Positions 61,301 to 64,000 of a stretch of DNA of 64,000 nt are shown here, in pieces (position 1 is the first letter of the stretch; the number at the start of each line of letters is the position of its first letter). Below the pieces are notes generated by a model. The model searched no databases. It was not told the DNA's origin and worked only from the letters and a program-made list of their open reading frames with translations. Where the stretch lies: positions 1,628,587-1,692,586 of the forward strand of contig CAWFRS010000005.1 of NCBI GenBank assembly GCA_963818265.1, written 5' to 3'. The position numbers and the translations under genes were made by a program. This DNA comes from an uncultured Planctomycetota bacterium. Lineage in GTDB: Bacteria > Planctomycetota > Planctomycetia > Isosphaerales > Isosphaeraceae.

Positions 61301-63028
61301 ACGAGCCGGCCATTACGCGGAGCCCTTGATGTTTCAATCCGCCCCCGGCGCTGAGGCCGGGAGGAACGATCAGTCCGACGGCTCCCGCGACGCCGCTGCC
61401 GAGTTTCAATCCGCCCCCGGCGCTGAGGCCGGGAGGAACGAGCCATTGCGAGGCTTCGGGATCGCGGAGCTTCCGGTTTCAATCCGCCCCCGGCGCTGAG
61501 GCCGGGAGGAACCCGAACTCGCCAGCTACACAACCGAGCACTCCGACGTTTCAATCCGCCCCCGGCGCTGAGGCCGGGAGGAACGCTTCCCAATGCCGAT
61601 CTGACGCTCGACTGGTCGAAGTTTCAATCCGCCCCCGGCGCTGAGGCCGGGAGGAACTCGATGCGGCGTTCCGTCTCTGACTTCCTGGCGATGTTTCAAT
61701 CCGCCCCCGGCGCTGAGGCCGGGAGGAACTCCTTGGCCCCGGAGAGCGAGCAAGAGCCCACCTTGTTTCAATCCGCCCCCGGCGCTGAGGCCGGGAGGAA
61801 CGCGGCATCTGCCTGTCGGAAGAGCTGCACGTCGAGGTTTCAATCCGCCCCCGGCGCTGAGGCCGGGAGGAACTTCGCCAGGCTCAATCATGATCGGCCT
61901 ATCCTACTAGTTTCAATCCGCCCCCGGCGCTGAGGCCGGGAGGAACTGGATAGGCGGAGATGAAGCGAATGGGCCGATGAGGTTTCAATCCGCCCCCGGC
62001 GCTGAGGCCGGGAGGAACGCCGTCTCTCACGCGCCGGGCCGCGCGTGGGGGGCGGAGGTTTCAATCCGCCCCCGGCGCTGAGGCCGGGAGGAACAGACGA
62101 CGAAATCTTTGGTTGGACTGCCGCGTTGACAGTTTCAATCCGCCCCCGGCGCTGAGGCCGGGAGGAACCGCGAGCCCAATCCGATCAGGGACCGCCGGCA
62201 CAGGTTTCAATCCGCCCCCGGCGCTGAGGCCGGGAGGAACCAGAGACGCCTGGCTGCGTCGGATAGCCGCCAGCGTTTCAATCCGCCCCCGGCGCTGAGG
62301 CCGGGAGGAACGCTGAGCAACACACCCGGCTTAGCCAACGAAGCTGTTTCAATCCGCCCCCGGCGCTGAGGCCGGGAGGAACAAAACTGAACGGGTTAGT
62401 CCCGTTGCATGTAATCGGGTTTCAATCCGCCCCCGGCGCTGAGGCCGGGAGGAACGAGAAGCCAGAGCAAGAGCGTGATCAAAGATCAAGTTTCAATCCG
62501 CCCCCGGCGCTGAGGCCGGGAGGAACGGGAGTTGCGGAAGGATCTTGAGGCCAGCCAGCGGTTTCAATCCGCCCCCGGCGCTGAGGCCGGGAGGAACGCC
62601 AGTGGCAAGCAGGGTGCCACCTTCGTGATCAGTTTCAATCCGCCCCCGGCGCTGAGGCCGGGAGGAACTTGCGGATGCCAGTGCGATGGCTTCGATGAAT
62701 TTGTTTCAATCCGCCCCCGGCGCTGAGGCCGGGAGGAACCCGCAACGTGGCCGTCTTGCGGCTGCCAAATTCGGTTTCAATCCGCCCCCGGCGCTGAGGC
62801 CGGGAGGAACGTAAAGCAGGTCGCGACGATGGCCGAGGGCGTCGTTGTTTCAATCCGCCCCCGGCGCTGAGGCCGGGAGGAACGCGAGACGGCCATGATG
62901 CCGCTCTCCCCTTCGACCATGTTTCAATCCGCCCCCGGCGCTGAGGCCGGGAGGAACCCGTCCCTGCCGCGCCGCCGGGCGAAGTCAGGTAGTTTCAATC
63001 CGCCCCCGGCGCTGAGGCCGGGAGGAAC
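49309..63028 (-). CRISPR. CRISPR array, main segment (190 repeats by hand count), leader-proximal end at 63028
   Basis: The plus-strand repeat is GTTTCAATCCGCCCCCGGCGCTGAGGCCGGGAGGAAC. On the transcribed strand it is GTTCCTCCCGGCCTCAGCGCCGGGGGCGGATTGAAAC. Spacers are 33-39 nt (mostly 34-36). The first unit after the IS is a 38-nt degenerate repeat, GTCTCGAATCC..., at 49349. The last repeat is 62992-63028. Confidence 0.97.
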
Positions 63029-63313
63029 GGCCCTGTCCTAAGTCCCGAGTGGAACGCCGGATGCGATCCGATTCCCGCGAACCTCGAACTTTGAATTCGT
63101 CGATTCGCTCGGCTCGATAACAGGGTCGGGCATAACACGTTTTGCGCAAACTCCTTAAGTCAGTCGCGAACCTCCCTGGGTTTGCGCGACAGCGATGGGT
63201 TCGCGGACCCGCTGACGCACATATCACAATTTCAGCCGCAAAAAATTGTCTAACTCCGAATTGTCAAAGAGCGGGCGACGTCACGAGGCAGTATCGAGCG
63301 CACTGTGCGGCCA
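63029..63313 (-). promoter_or_regulatory. CRISPR leader (between cas2 and the first repeat)
   Basis: This 285-bp non-coding stretch is less GC-rich than its surroundings. It holds a TTGACA hexamer (minus strand, 63267-63262) next to an A/T-rich patch (63241-63262). The motif CGCGAACC occurs three times. No promoter is proven. Confidence 0.6.
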
Positions 63314-63622
63314 TCAAACGATCAAAGGACCCTCAAAGTCGATCGGCTCGTTCTTGCCGATATGCTCGATTCGCCGCCGCACGTTTTCATCGAGCGGATA
63401 AATCCGCAAGCTATCTTCTTCGGGATTAATGATCTCAAGCAGACTGCACCTGAGCAATAACCATTGCTGTGGTTCAACAAGACATTCAAAAACAGACTTC
63501 TGGACCCGTTGGCCGAAATCCTTACAAACTTGCGCGACCTTGCGCAATCGCCGCCGTCCCGCGGGGGTCGTCGTCGCGACGTCGTAGGCAATCAGATAGA
63601 GCAACGAAATCGCCCTTTCCAC
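63314..63622 (-). CDS. cas2: CRISPR-associated endoribonuclease Cas2
   Basis: MERAISLLYLIAYDVATTTPAGRRRLRKVAQVCKDFGQRVQKSVFECLV...DSLRIYPL is the canonical Cas2 ferredoxin-fold signature. GTG start. Confidence 0.9.
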   Translation of the reverse strand: MERAISLLYLIAYDVATTTPAGRRRLRKVAQVCKDFGQRVQKSVFECLVEPQQWLLLRCSLLEIINPEEDSLRIYPLDENVRRRIEHIGKNEPIDFEGPLIV

Positions 63623-63657
63623 GCAGAATTATTCTTGACCGAAAACCACTCGCCGGC

Positions 63658-64000
63658 TCAGCGCAAGACACAGGGGATGTAGACGTCGCAATCCCCCCGG
63701 ATGTGGCGTGCCAGCAGTTTCGCTTGAAGAAAGGGAAGCTGTCCAATCTTGACTTCCGACTCAAGGAGCGGGTGCCGGATCATTTCGCGTTTTCTGGCCA
63801 CATAGGCCTGGATGATTGCCTTGCGGCCTTCCAGGGTCATCTCCACCGACCCGCCATCGCGATCGAGGAAGTGTGCCGGTCCGATTTGCTGACGGTTGAT
63901 GAGTGCGAGGACTAAACGGTCAGCCACCAACGTGCGAAACTCTTCCAGAAGATCCAGAGCCAGGCTCGGGCGTCCGGGTCGATCGACATGCAAGAAGCCG
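63658..64000 (-). CDS. cas1: CRISPR-associated endonuclease Cas1 (C-terminal part; the gene continues beyond the window)
   Basis: ...GRPSLALDLLEEFRTLVADRLVLALINRQQI...EGRKAIIQAYVARKREMIRHPLL is the C-terminal helical domain typical of Cas1. It lies immediately upstream of cas2. Confidence 0.85.
   Translation of the reverse strand, partial: GFLHVDRPGRPSLALDLLEEFRTLVADRLVLALINRQQIGPAHFLDRDGGSVEMTLEGRKAIIQAYVARKREMIRHPLLESEVKIGQLPFLQAKLLARHIRGDCDVYIPCVLR

Noticed and set aside
46562-63028. Dozens of 60-280-aa ORFs on both strands across the array (peptide motifs FQSAPGAEAGRN, FNPPPALRPGGT, SSRPQRRGRIET, VPPGLSAGGGLK)
   Set aside because: They are translations of the 37-nt CRISPR repeat in different frames, stitched through spacers. 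They are not genes.

Overview
This is a high-GC bacterial chromosomal segment. It looks like Planctomycetota, which I infer from a DUF1559/prepilin-type protein, ECF sigma + Ser/Thr-kinase pairs, PEP-CTERM proteins and 'LEDRxLL' secreted N-termini.

Layout:
1. 1-5.3 kb: a cluster of secreted/surface proteins, one gene split by a 2.1-kb IS.
2. 5.4-14.2 kb: a signalling block. It holds an ECF sigma, a giant kinase/P-loop/HEAT/FGE-like protein, a DUF1559 protein and a second ECF sigma.
3. 14.8-20.1 kb: a mobile-element graveyard. It contains a tRNA-Ala fragment, an IS701-like element, and an IS21-like element inside a decayed Rpn-family gene.
4. 20.4-29.2 kb: an SBP56-family protein, DUF2784, an XRE regulator, an STK-TPR kinase + ECF sigma, galK and metK.
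5. 29.6-41.2 kb, minus strand: the classical tRNA(Thr-Tyr-Gly-Thr)-tuf-rpmG-tRNA(Trp)-secE-nusG-rplKAJL-rpoB cluster.
6. 42-46.5 kb: a PEP-CTERM gene, a RAYT-type Y1 transposase with REP-like flanks, vapBC, and an odd nested-repeat element present twice.
7. 46.56-63.03 kb: a very large CRISPR array. My hand count is 196 repeats of 37 nt and 195 spacers. It is read on the minus strand from a leader next to cas2-cas1 at the right edge, and a second IS21 copy splits it near its old end.

Caveat: I found about 14 single-nucleotide reading-frame breaks, including rpoB, tuf (two) and nusG. Most 'pseudogenes' here are therefore more likely sequence errors than biology. No effector cas genes are visible, so the CRISPR type is unresolved.
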